IMG/VR virus record: IMGVR_UViG_3300039180_000770
Coordinates: 1 to 26,414 of that record
Origin: a virus
Taxonomy: Duplodnaviria > Caudoviricetes
DNA: 26,414 nucleotides
Strand: one strand, 5' to 3'
Shown here one piece after another: positions 8,022 through 17,050 of this stretch (within the stretch, counting starts at the first letter, position 1; every line of letters begins with the position of its first letter). The position numbers and the translations under genes were made by a program. The notes under the pieces were generated by a model that searched no databases, was not told where the DNA came from, and was given only the letters and a program-made list of their open reading frames with translations.

Positions 8022-9896
8022 ATGGCAGTAAGCATTGAAAAGAAATACCAAAAATTAACAGATACAGAACATGTTCTATTAAGACCAGGTATGTATGTCG
8101 GTTCAATTAAGCCACATACAGAAGAAGTTTTTTTACCAATGAAAGGTAAAGATCAATTTCAACTTACTGAAGTAACCTATAATCCAGGTTTCTTAAAACT
8201 CTTTGATGAAATAGTATCTAACTCAGTTGATGAACATAAAAGAAATGCTAAGCTAAATAAAGTTAAAGTAGATATTGATATGGCTACTGGGCAAATATCA
8301 ATCTGGGATAACGGAGGTATACCTGTAAAGATTCATAAAGAGTATGATGAGTGGGTACCTGAAATGATTTTTTCAAATCTAAAAGCTGGTAGTAATTTTG
8401 ATGATACTGAAGATAGGGTTGTTGTTGGAACAAATGGTGTAGGTAGTACACTAACAAATATATTTAGTAAAGAATTTATAATTGAAACTTGTGATGGTAA
8501 AAAACAATTTGTTCAGACTTTTAAAAATAACATGTCTGAACGAACTAAAGCTAAAATTACAAATAAGAAAACTGCATTTACAAAAATAACATATCTTACT
8601 GATTTTAAAAGATTTGGTTTAAAGGGTATTAATAAGAATCATTATTTAATGATAACTAAAAGGCTTATTGATATTGCAGCATGTAATCCTACTCTTAAAA
8701 TATTCTTAAACGATAAAGCAATTGCGTTTAGAACATTTAAAGATTATGCTAATCGTTATGTAACTCCAGTCTTTTATGATCAATCAGAACATTGGAAAAT
8801 TGGAATAGGGCATTCAACAACTGGCTTTAAAGCAATATCATTTGTTAATTCTGTAGAAACTAAAGATGGCGGTACTCATGTTAATAATATAGACTGGCAA
8901 ATTACATCTTATCTTAGAGATAAAATTAAAAGAAAATACAGAGTAGATGTAAAACCTTCTGAATTAAGACAACATTTATATTTGTTTATTAACTGTACTG
9001 TTATTAATCCAGCATTCTCTTCACAAACAAAAGAAAAATTAATTACTGCCCCTAAGGATTTTGGTACAAGCCATGTTTTAAGTGAAAAGGTATTAAGGCA
9101 AGTTTTAAATTCAGAAATCATACAATCAGTACTAGATTGGATTGAGCGAAAAAAGGATGCAGAAGAAAGAGCAAAGCTTAGGAAACTAAATAAAGGTTTA
9201 GATAAAACTAAAGTTCTTAAATTAATCGATGCAAAGAAAAGAGGTGACAGGGAAAAATGTACACTTGCAATATTTGAAGGTGATTCTGCATCCTCTGCAT
9301 TTAGAAGATACCGAGAGCCTCAGTACCAAGGAGCATTTCCATTAAGAGGTAAATTTATAAATGTTAGAGAATTAACAGCATCTAAGGTTGTACAGAATAA
9401 AGAGGTACAATCAATGATGGCTGCTATGGGTTTAAAGATCGGACATGAACCTAAAGATCTGAGATATGGTAAAATACTTTTATATACCGATGCAGATGTA
9501 GACGGTAATTCTATTGCAGCACTGCTAATTAATTTCTTAGGTAAATATTGGCCAGAACTATTTAGTGAAGGTAGAATACTTAAAGTAGAAACTCCTCTTA
9601 TGGTTGCGAAGAAAGGTAAAGAATCTTTAAACTTTTATTCAGATGATGATTACCAAGAATGGGAATCTAAACAGAAAAATTTAAATTCTTGGTCAATCGA
9701 ATATAAGAAAGGTTTAGCTGCACTCGAAGATGCAGAATATAAAGAGATCATTAGAAGCCCGAGAACCTTTACTCTTACAAAAGACAATGGATTTAACAAT
9801 ACATTAGATATATGGTTCTCTAAAGATTCTACACCACGTAAAGGAAAGATACTTGGAGAGACTGTAATAATTAAAAACAACAAATCATTATTTTAA
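8022..9896 (+). CDS. Type II DNA topoisomerase, ATPase/TOPRIM subunit (T4 gp39+gp60 equivalent)
   Basis: EHVLLRPGMYVGS, EIVSNSVDE, DNGGIP, GTNGVG, EGDSA, PLRGK, TDADVDG and YKKGL motifs. Confidence 0.97.
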   Translation: MAVSIEKKYQKLTDTEHVLLRPGMYVGSIKPHTEEVFLPMKGKDQFQLTEVTYNPGFLKLFDEIVSNSVDEHKRNAKLNKVKVDIDMATGQISIWDNGGIPVKIHKEYDEWVPEMIFSNLKAGSNFDDTEDRVVVGTNGVGSTLTNIFSKEFIIETCDGKKQFVQTFKNNMSERTKAKITNKKTAFTKITYLTDFKRFGLKGINKNHYLMITKRLIDIAACNPTLKIFLNDKAIAFRTFKDYANRYVTPVFYDQSEHWKIGIGHSTTGFKAISFVNSVETKDGGTHVNNIDWQITSYLRDKIKRKYRVDVKPSELRQHLYLFINCTVINPAFSSQTKEKLITAPKDFGTSHVLSEKVLRQVLNSEIIQSVLDWIERKKDAEERAKLRKLNKGLDKTKVLKLIDAKKRGDREKCTLAIFEGDSASSAFRRYREPQYQGAFPLRGKFINVRELTASKVVQNKEVQSMMAAMGLKIGHEPKDLRYGKILLYTDADVDGNSIAALLINFLGKYWPELFSEGRILKVETPLMVAKKGKESLNFYSDDDYQEWESKQKNLNSWSIEYKKGLAALEDAEYKEIIRSPRTFTLTKDNGFNNTLDIWFSKDSTPRKGKILGETVIIKNNKSLF

Positions 9897-11246
9897 ATGA
9901 AAAACACTAGAACTGTAACATCTTTTTTTGATAAAGAATATTTAGATTATGCAAGATATGTTGTAGAAAACAGAGCTATACCAAGTTGCATTGATGGACT
10001 TAAACCAACACAGAGAAAGGTTGTTTATATTGCAAATAAAATCTGGAAAACTGGTAATGAAAAACCTATGAAGTTATTTCAACTTGCAGGTCGAGTTGCA
10101 GCTGAGGCATTTTATCATCATGGTAATACTTCATTAGAATCTTCAATGGTTGGAATGGCTCAAAAATTTAAAAATTCATTACCATTACTTGAAGGTGTTG
10201 GTCAATTCGGTTCTTTAAGAAGTCCTGCTGCTGGTGCACCTCGTTATATTAGTGCAAAGCTACATCCTAATTTTAGATTACTTTATCAAGACTTTGATTT
10301 ATTAGAAAATAAAATAGAAGAAGGTGAAAAAATAGAACCTGCATTTTTCTTACCTATTGTACCAACTGTTATATTAAATGGTACATCAGGTATTGCTGTT
10401 GGGTTTGCTACAAATATTTTAAATAGAAATCCTAAAGATGTAGTAGATGCATGTATATCTACTCTTAATAATAAAAAGATGAAAGTATTAGCTCCGTGGA
10501 TACAAGAATTTAAAGGAACTTTTACTAGAGACTTAGAAAATCCTAAAACATGGAAGATTAAAGGTCAGTATCAAATAATTAATACAACCACAGTAAAGAT
10601 AACTGCAATACCACCAAACTATACATATGAAAGATATGAAGAAATCTTAAATCTTTTACAAGAAAAAGGTATAATAGCTTCTTACGATGATAATTCGTCT
10701 GAAACTATTGAGTACACATTAAAATTTAAAAGATCTGTATTAACTAACTTAATAAGCAGTGAAGGTAAATTAGAAAGGGCTTTAAGATTAAATACACAAG
10801 AAACTGAAAACCTAACAACACTCGATGAACATGGTAAATTAAAGATCTTTGATAAAGCCGAAGATATAGTAAAACATTTTGTTGGTGTAAGATTACAGTG
10901 GTATCAAACAAGGAAAGATTATTTAATTGATAAAACTGAAAAGCAATTAGCATTAGTAACAAATAAAGCAAGGTTCATTAAAGATATTATTGATGGCAAG
11001 TTAAAAATTAACAATGTACCTAAGGAAAAGATTGTAACTTATTTAAAAACTAATTCATATGACACTGTTCATAGTTCATATGATTATCTTTTATCAATGG
11101 CTATTCATTCATTAACAAAAGAAAGATATGAAAAACTATTGTTAGAAAAAGAAGGGTGTATTATTGCTCTTAAAACATTAAAAGCAACAGATCCTAAAGA
11201 AATGTATTTAGGAGATCTTAAAAAATTAAAGCAATCAATTAAGTAA
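9897..11246 (+). CDS. Type II DNA topoisomerase, breakage-reunion subunit (T4 gp52-like)
   Basis: RAIP..IDGLKPTQRK, YHHG, GQFGS, APRY (catalytic Tyr) and NGTSGIAVGFAT motifs. Confidence 0.97.
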   Translation: MKNTRTVTSFFDKEYLDYARYVVENRAIPSCIDGLKPTQRKVVYIANKIWKTGNEKPMKLFQLAGRVAAEAFYHHGNTSLESSMVGMAQKFKNSLPLLEGVGQFGSLRSPAAGAPRYISAKLHPNFRLLYQDFDLLENKIEEGEKIEPAFFLPIVPTVILNGTSGIAVGFATNILNRNPKDVVDACISTLNNKKMKVLAPWIQEFKGTFTRDLENPKTWKIKGQYQIINTTTVKITAIPPNYTYERYEEILNLLQEKGIIASYDDNSSETIEYTLKFKRSVLTNLISSEGKLERALRLNTQETENLTTLDEHGKLKIFDKAEDIVKHFVGVRLQWYQTRKDYLIDKTEKQLALVTNKARFIKDIIDGKLKINNVPKEKIVTYLKTNSYDTVHSSYDYLLSMAIHSLTKERYEKLLLEKEGCIIALKTLKATDPKEMYLGDLKKLKQSIK

Positions 11247-11270
11247 ACTTTTTTAATAAACGACATATAA
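11244..11270 (+). promoter_or_regulatory. Putative bipartite phage promoter TAAAC-N16-ATATAA
   Basis: TAAAC 11244-11248 and ATATAA 11265-11270. Confidence 0.6.
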
Positions 11271-11287
11271 TAATAAATACCTACCCT

Positions 11288-11434
11288 ATGAAAATTTTTA
11301 AATTCTGTATCAATAAAGATTGTACAACAGCATGCGAAGCTGAAACTGAAAACGACGCCTGGGAATGGTTATCACAAACTAAGAGATTAAGTATACCAAA
11401 ATTAAAAAAACTTTATACAATAAAATTAAAATAA
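11288..11434 (+). CDS. Small hypothetical protein (48 aa), not in ORF track
   Basis: MKIFKFCINKDCTTACEAETENDAWEWLSQTKRLSIPKLKKLYTIKLK*; fills the gap between the promoter motif and the KTSC gene, ending 2 nt before its ATG. Confidence 0.65.
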   Translation: MKIFKFCINKDCTTACEAETENDAWEWLSQTKRLSIPKLKKLYTIKLK

Positions 11435-11436
11435 TT

Positions 11437-11664
11437 ATGCTAAAAGAACAATCATCAACAGTTGATTCATCAATGATCAACAAATATATTTACAACTTCA
11501 GTACAGGTACTCTTAAGGTAGAGTTTACCGGTGGTGCTCTATATGAATATGCAAATGTAGATCCTGAATTATATGATAACTTATGTAAAGCAGAATCTAT
11601 CGGAAAATTCTTTAATGAAAAAATTAAAAATAATTTTGAACACATACAACTTTTAACAGACTAA
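11437..11664 (+). CDS. KTSC domain protein
   Basis: VDSSMI...Y....TLKVEF.GG..YEY.NV...Y..L..AESIGKFFN..IK is the KTSC pattern. Confidence 0.9.
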   Translation: MLKEQSSTVDSSMINKYIYNFSTGTLKVEFTGGALYEYANVDPELYDNLCKAESIGKFFNEKIKNNFEHIQLLTD

Positions 11665-11666
11665 CT

Positions 11667-11894
11667 ATGAATAAGAATATAATTTATGATGCTTTAAAAT
11701 CTCAATTTGAAGCACAAAAGCAATTAGCTTTAGCAACACTAACAATTTATTTAACAAACCCGGTAGGTATAGGTGAACACCCTCAGCATATAGAGGAGAT
11801 GATGACTCTAACCAGATCATTAGCCGAAGCAGAAGATTGTTTATCAACATTAGAAAGAACCTTTGAAGCAGAAGAATCTATAACGAATGAATAA
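11667..11894 (+). CDS. Hypothetical helical phage protein
   Basis: 75 aa with NPVGIGEHP motif between two amphipathic helices; overlaps the next gene. Confidence 0.8.
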   Translation: MNKNIIYDALKSQFEAQKQLALATLTIYLTNPVGIGEHPQHIEEMMTLTRSLAEAEDCLSTLERTFEAEESITNE

Positions 11895-12366
11895 AGTAAT
11901 ACTAATAGGAAAGGCTGCTGCTGGAAAAGATCATATGAGAAAGGTTTTAGAGGGTAGAGGATTTACATACGGTACATCTTATACTACAAGACCTCCAAGG
12001 GAAGGCGAGATTGATGGTCAGGATTATTATTTTATATCAGAAAAGGACTTTAGGGATTTTGCAGATAATAACTACTGGTATGAGTATGTAGAATTCAATG
12101 GATGGTTTTATGGAACGAGTCATGATCAATTTAAAAAGAATTGTAATTTATTTGTAATGACTCCTAAAGGTGTAGAAGCAATAAATCCTATTGATAGAAA
12201 AGATTGTACAATCATTTATTTAGATATACCTTTAGAAGTTAGAACAAAGCGATTAGAAGAAAGAGGAGATCTTAATGATAAAATACAGCGGAGGATAGAT
12301 GCAGATGAAATTGATTTTGCAAACTTTAAAGATTATGATATTCTCATAAACAATTCTAACTTTTAA
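11887..12366 (+). CDS. gmk: Guanylate kinase-like protein
   Basis: P-loop GKAAAGKD; SYTTRPPREGEIDGQDYYF; EYVEFNGWFYGT. Confidence 0.92.
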   Translation: MNKVILIGKAAAGKDHMRKVLEGRGFTYGTSYTTRPPREGEIDGQDYYFISEKDFRDFADNNYWYEYVEFNGWFYGTSHDQFKKNCNLFVMTPKGVEAINPIDRKDCTIIYLDIPLEVRTKRLEERGDLNDKIQRRIDADEIDFANFKDYDILINNSNF

Positions 12367-12374
12367 TCATATAA
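12347..12374 (+). promoter_or_regulatory. Putative bipartite phage promoter TAAAC-N17-ATATAA
   Basis: TAAAC 12347-12351 (inside the gmk 3' end) and ATATAA 12369-12374. Confidence 0.65.
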
Positions 12375-12383
12375 AAATAAAAC

Positions 12384-12995
12384 ATGAGCAAATTCATTAT
12401 TATAGAAGGTACCGATAATGTAGGTAAAGATACCCAACAGGATTTAATTATTAAAAACATGAGTGATCACGTTTTTCATAAGCTACATTATTCATCATTA
12501 CCCTTTAAAGATGATATAGAAAAACATACTACATATTCTAAAGAGCTTTATGAAAGTATGTTTTTATTAATGATGAAATCTAAAGTAGGTTATAAAAAAG
12601 GTGATAATGATATTAACATTATTTTTAATAGATCTCATTTAGGTGAAACTGTTTATTCACCATTATATAGAGGTTACTCTGGTGATTATGTTTTTGATAT
12701 TGAAAAGAAATTTACTAAAGCATTAAGAGAAGATTTATATTTAATTACTCTAACCAATGATCCTCATACTATTTTAAAACGAGATGATGGCAAATCATTT
12801 TATGGTAATGAAGAAGAAGTTAAAGCTGAGGTTGATGGATTTAAACGAGCCCATAGGTTAAGTACTATTAAAAATAAGTTACACATTAATGTTGGTACAA
12901 TGAGTGCAATAGAGGTATCTAATATTATAACAGATTTCTTACACCACGAAAATATAGTAACTGGTGATAACAAACAATTAAACTTATTTGAATAA
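12384..12995 (+). CDS. Thymidylate-kinase-like dNMP kinase
   Basis: IIIEGTDNVGKDT P-loop; FNRSHLGETVYSPLYRG (variant of the DR motif). Confidence 0.82.
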   Translation: MSKFIIIEGTDNVGKDTQQDLIIKNMSDHVFHKLHYSSLPFKDDIEKHTTYSKELYESMFLLMMKSKVGYKKGDNDINIIFNRSHLGETVYSPLYRGYSGDYVFDIEKKFTKALREDLYLITLTNDPHTILKRDDGKSFYGNEEEVKAEVDGFKRAHRLSTIKNKLHINVGTMSAIEVSNIITDFLHHENIVTGDNKQLNLFE

Positions 12996-13177
12996 TGGGA
13001 AAGACTGAGGATTTATTATATGAAGCTTATAATGAAGGAATAAGAGGTGAGGTACTTGAAGAGAGTAGGCGTTTATCTGACTTAGGTGGCAAATATATTC
13101 ATATGCCATTTAGAGACCGATTAGAAGAAGCATTAAATAACATTAGAGAAAAGAATAAAAAGAATGAGAACATATAG
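12995..13177 (+). CDS. Hypothetical protein
   Basis: 60-aa ORF overlapping both neighbours. Confidence 0.7.
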   Translation: MGKTEDLLYEAYNEGIRGEVLEESRRLSDLGGKYIHMPFRDRLEEALNNIREKNKKNENI

Positions 13178-14054
13178 AGGAGATACATTTGCAGATGTTT
13201 ATGAAAAGGCATTAAGAGATACTTTAGAGAATCCTGATTATACTTCTAAACCAAGAGGTATGCAAATTAAAGAAATAAGTAATGCAGCTTTAGTTATAGA
13301 TGATCCTTATTTTCCACTTTATGAAAATCAAAAAAGAAGTAGCCAGTTTAAATATATTGCTGGTGAAACTGTTTGGTATTTTACAGGTAGAAAAGATATT
13401 GATTTTATCAGTAAGTATTCTAAGTTCTGGAGTCAATTAGATAACGGGGATGGTACTGTTAACTCTGCTTATGGTAATCTTTTATTTAAAGAAAGGCTAT
13501 CTGATGGCAGAAATCAATATCAGTGGGCATTAGATTCTTTAATAGAAGATAAAGATTCAAGGCAAGCAATTGTTCATTTTAATAAACCTTCTCATCAATG
13601 GAAAGGTAATAAAGATTTTGTATGTACTCTTAATGGTGTATTTCAGATTAGAGATAACAGATTAAACTTTACAGTTGATATGAGATCTAATGATTTAATA
13701 TTAGGTACAGCAACTGATGTAGCATTCTTTTGTTTATTACAACAGCAAATGTTAAGGCATTTACAATTAACTTATCCTAATCTTAAAATGGGTTCTTATA
13801 CTCATATTGTTCATTCATTGCATATTTATGAAAGACATTTTAATTTAGTAAAAGAAATGTTAAGCCATCCATTTTCTCATATGTCTTATCCTCCACTAAA
13901 GAAAAACTTAATTACTATTAAGGGTGATTCAACTGATGCTTTAAATTTATTAGAATTAAATATTGAAAAAGAAACCGTTAATGCAAACCTTGTTATTAAT
14001 GATTCTTTATTTAAATGGTTATCTGATTATAGCTTTCAGTTAACTGATATATAA
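13164..14054 (+). CDS. Thymidylate synthase family enzyme, dCMP hydroxymethylase-like (T4 gp42-like)
   Basis: NSAYG, DSRQA, KDFVCT (catalytic Cys), MRSNDLILGTATD and SLHIYERHF; Asp occupies the position of the dUMP-specifying Asn of ThyA. Confidence 0.85.
   Translation: MRTYRGDTFADVYEKALRDTLENPDYTSKPRGMQIKEISNAALVIDDPYFPLYENQKRSSQFKYIAGETVWYFTGRKDIDFISKYSKFWSQLDNGDGTVNSAYGNLLFKERLSDGRNQYQWALDSLIEDKDSRQAIVHFNKPSHQWKGNKDFVCTLNGVFQIRDNRLNFTVDMRSNDLILGTATDVAFFCLLQQQMLRHLQLTYPNLKMGSYTHIVHSLHIYERHFNLVKEMLSHPFSHMSYPPLKKNLITIKGDSTDALNLLELNIEKETVNANLVINDSLFKWLSDYSFQLTDI
14046..14054 (+). promoter_or_regulatory. Putative late-type promoter GATATATAA
   Basis: Overlaps the stop codon of the upstream gene, 14 nt before the ATP-grasp start; same motif as before the tail tube gene. 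Confidence 0.5.
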
Positions 14055-14068
14055 TAAAATAATAAATA

Positions 14069-15052
14069 GTGTTGAAATATTTAAAACTTTTTGAACAATT
14101 CCTAACAGAAAAAAAACCAGCAGGAGCACCAGACTTTAATCATTCAGATGCACCTGATACTGAAAATGATTTACATAAAATTTATTTAGCAATTAATCCA
14201 AAGAGTGGACATACTTGGTGGTATACTCCATTTGCTGCAGAAAAGTTTATGAATCAATTAGGTGATGACAATATGATGAAGGCAGATATTAATAAAGAAT
14301 ATCCTGTAATGAATTGGAAAAAGGAAGTCACTGAAAAATTAATTAATAAAGGTCTTGTTAAAAAAGAAAATGTTTATAATTTACCAGAGAATGTAAATAT
14401 GAGCTATAAAAAAGAATTTCATGAATTAGTTGATGGACAGGAGCATATACCAAAAACAGTAAATAATACTAAAGACGCTCTTAAATTAGGTTTTCCTTTA
14501 ATTGGTAAACCAACTGATAGTCATTCAGGTATTGGTATTCAAGTTTTTAAAAATCAAAAAGAATGGGACAACGCAGATCATTCAGAGTTAGATGTTTACT
14601 CAGAATATATTAATAAGGTTGCAGAATACAGATTTTTTGTTTTAAACGGCAAAGCTTTTTATTGGATGGAGAGAGAACCTTTAAATAAAAAGGCTGCATC
14701 AGGTGTTGGTAATGGTAAAGATAAAATGATGTTTAAATATATTAAAAAAGACATTACTAAATTACCTAATAATTTCAAAAAGTTAATTTTAAAATTTAGT
14801 AAAATATTTTCAAAGCTACCTTTTATTTGTTTTGATATTATGATAGATAAAGATGATAAGTTATACTTAATAGAAGCAAATCTTCACCCAGGCATGCCAT
14901 TTGATGCTACTGTTCAATTATATAGAGAATTGTTTAAAGATTTCTATGGCAGGGAAGTAAACAAGAAAGCAGATGAAGAACTTAATAAATTAAGTAAGTA
15001 CTTAGATAGCAAAACTTTAACCCACGATCCTACCAGATTTGAGATTGCTTAA
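14069..15052 (+). CDS. ATP-grasp ligase (RimK-like fold) with N-terminal capsid-targeting-like leader
   Basis: IPKT, FPLIGKP..SHSGIGI, YSEYI...EYRFFV, FDIMID and LIEANLHPG motifs; leader KYLKLFEQFLTE. Confidence 0.85.
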   Translation: MLKYLKLFEQFLTEKKPAGAPDFNHSDAPDTENDLHKIYLAINPKSGHTWWYTPFAAEKFMNQLGDDNMMKADINKEYPVMNWKKEVTEKLINKGLVKKENVYNLPENVNMSYKKEFHELVDGQEHIPKTVNNTKDALKLGFPLIGKPTDSHSGIGIQVFKNQKEWDNADHSELDVYSEYINKVAEYRFFVLNGKAFYWMEREPLNKKAASGVGNGKDKMMFKYIKKDITKLPNNFKKLILKFSKIFSKLPFICFDIMIDKDDKLYLIEANLHPGMPFDATVQLYRELFKDFYGREVNKKADEELNKLSKYLDSKTLTHDPTRFEIA

Positions 15053-15160
15053 TTTATTTTAATAAAATCTGAAAAAAGTTCTTAAAAAGTTTTCAGTTCC
15101 CAATAAATTTGTTTATATTTATACTGTATTTAATGAAACAATACACTGTAAAACAATTAT

Positions 15161-15688
15161 ATGAATAAAGAAATACAAAAAGATTTTTACATTACCTCCG
15201 ATACTTGGTTCGGTCGCCCTCAGATTCTTCAGATTGCAAATAGGCAATTTAATAATATAGAGGAAATGAATTCTACTTTGATTAAAAATTGGAATAAAAA
15301 GGTAAAGAAAAACGACGTAGTATTTCATCTAGGTAATTTTGCATGGGATCCAATAACCGCTCGTAAAGTACTCAAAAAATTAAACGGAACAATCTATTTT
15401 CTAAAAGGTAGCCATGATGCTGCATTAGAGGAAGTTATAGAAGACTTCCCTAAAGCTGAATTCTTTAATGATTCTATAATGGAACTAACAGATTTTGATA
15501 CTGTTATTTGTCATTATCCACTATCAGTTTGGAACGGTAAAGGTTCAGGAACTATTCATATTCACGGTCATACAGTATTTGATCATAAAACAGATCTCAC
15601 AATTGAAAACAGATTTAATATTTGTACTGACTTTTGGGGATACTCACCTATTAATTATTTAACTTTAAAAGACTTCATAAATGGCTAA
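15161..15688 (+). CDS. Calcineurin-like metallophosphoesterase family protein with degenerate metal ligands
   Basis: TSDTWFG, EEMN..LIKNWN..V...DVVFHLGNF, KGSHD, CHYP and HIHGHT motifs. Confidence 0.85.
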   Translation: MNKEIQKDFYITSDTWFGRPQILQIANRQFNNIEEMNSTLIKNWNKKVKKNDVVFHLGNFAWDPITARKVLKKLNGTIYFLKGSHDAALEEVIEDFPKAEFFNDSIMELTDFDTVICHYPLSVWNGKGSGTIHIHGHTVFDHKTDLTIENRFNICTDFWGYSPINYLTLKDFING

Positions 15689-16319
15689 AAAAATCAAAAA
15701 GACTTACAAGGAACTTGCAATTGAATTTAAAAAGACAAAAAACGAAAAAGTATATAATCAGTTATATGCTAAAATGAGACCAGGATTATGGTCGTATGTA
15801 AACAACATTGTAAAAGATCCTAGTGTTGCCGATGATATTGTATCAACCACTTTAACCACAGTGTATTTAAAAATTGAACAATACAATGAAGATTATCAAA
15901 TTACAACATGGGCATATCGTATTGCTTATAATGAATGTATAGGATGGATAAGATACAGAAATAGAAAAGTAAGTATGAATGCATTTACTGATAAAGGAAT
16001 TGATCCTCCTACTTTTATGTTACCACACATTGACACAGACAATTCACTACCACCAACAGAAGCAGATCACTGGGAAGCTGAACATCTCTTAACAGAAAAA
16101 GTAAGATTAACAACTGAAGCTATAAAAGCTTTACCTCCAATGTATAGGAGATTCATGGAGGAAAGGTTCTTAAATAAAAAATCTTATAATGATATTTTAG
16201 ATATAATGTCTGATTGTGAAAAAGGCATAAATTTACAAACTGTGAAAAACCGCATATTCCGTGGAAGGAAAATAGTCAGAAAACAACTAGAAAGTATGAA
16301 AGTCTTCTCCGAAGCCTAA
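15681..16319 (+). CDS. RNA polymerase sigma factor, sigma70/ECF-like (regions 2 and 4)
   Basis: Region 2: ADDIVSTTLTTVY...Y....QITTWAYRIAYNEC. Region 4: AIKALPPMYR...SYNDI...INLQTVKNRIFRGRK. Confidence 0.9.
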   Translation: MAKKIKKTYKELAIEFKKTKNEKVYNQLYAKMRPGLWSYVNNIVKDPSVADDIVSTTLTTVYLKIEQYNEDYQITTWAYRIAYNECIGWIRYRNRKVSMNAFTDKGIDPPTFMLPHIDTDNSLPPTEADHWEAEHLLTEKVRLTTEAIKALPPMYRRFMEERFLNKKSYNDILDIMSDCEKGINLQTVKNRIFRGRKIVRKQLESMKVFSEA

Positions 16320-16342
16320 ATACATAAACAACAGATAATACT

Positions 16343-16795
16343 ATGTACATAAGAAAACTATATAAAGAATTACAAATTTGGTATAAGATCAGAAAGATCG
16401 CCAATGAGAACAAAACAAAACTTTTAGAAAAAGGTTTTAGGGTTGATTGGATAGGAAGGATTTATACTGTAATTAATTTACCAGAAGAAGTTGTAAATCA
16501 ACCTATTTCACAAGAAGGGTATGTATTAATGCAATTAAGAGAACATGATAAATTATTTTTGGATATGGGAATTTCCGATTACGTATCTCCAGAATTTAAT
16601 CCAATACCTGAAACTAATTCATTTCTTTTAGTATTATCCGCAGATCGTGATCATTTACAATTTTGGCCTTTTGTTATATCATTTATTAAAACTACAGTAG
16701 GAATTTTTATACTAAGAATACTTTATTTAATATTTCAATCCTATGGTGAAAAAATATCAGAATTATGGAACAAGATGATAAACCTTCTATTTTAA
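16343..16795 (+). CDS. Hypothetical protein with C-terminal hydrophobic segment
   Basis: 150 aa; RVDWIGRIYTVINLP motif; hydrophobic helix near the C-terminus. Confidence 0.8.
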   Translation: MYIRKLYKELQIWYKIRKIANENKTKLLEKGFRVDWIGRIYTVINLPEEVVNQPISQEGYVLMQLREHDKLFLDMGISDYVSPEFNPIPETNSFLLVLSADRDHLQFWPFVISFIKTTVGIFILRILYLIFQSYGEKISELWNKMINLLF

Positions 16796-17001
16796 TTAAC
16801 GTTAATCACATTGAAAACAAATTAAAAGAATTAGAAAAAGAAAAAGAAATTATCCAACAGAGTTGCAAACACCAAGATGGTTTTGATATTAACTTTGATG
16901 AGAAAAAGGCAATAAAGAAATATTGTTCAACCTGTAAGAGAGATGTAGGATTTGCATCTACAAAAGAACAAGAAGATTTCTTTGGACCAGCAAGCAAATA
17001 A
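16765..17001 (+). CDS. Hypothetical small protein, coiled coil plus CxH/CxxC (possible Zn ribbon)
   Basis: ENKLKELEKEKE coil; SCKH...YCSTC. Confidence 0.7.
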   Translation: MEQDDKPSILINVNHIENKLKELEKEKEIIQQSCKHQDGFDINFDEKKAIKKYCSTCKRDVGFASTKEQEDFFGPASK

Positions 17002-17050
17002 TAAAACTTATTATACTTAAAAATCGATAATGTTATCGGTTTTTTTGTCT

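Noticed and set aside
8022-11246. T4 gene-60-type translational bypass, intron or intein in topoisomerase; antisense ORFs 8909, 9650, 10744
   Set aside because: Both subunits are continuous with expected motifs and no apparent insertion; the minus ORFs are shadows.
13164-14054. Calling this gene canonical thyA
   Set aside because: It lacks the PPCH and PFN signatures and has Asp at the specificity position, matching gp42-type enzymes.
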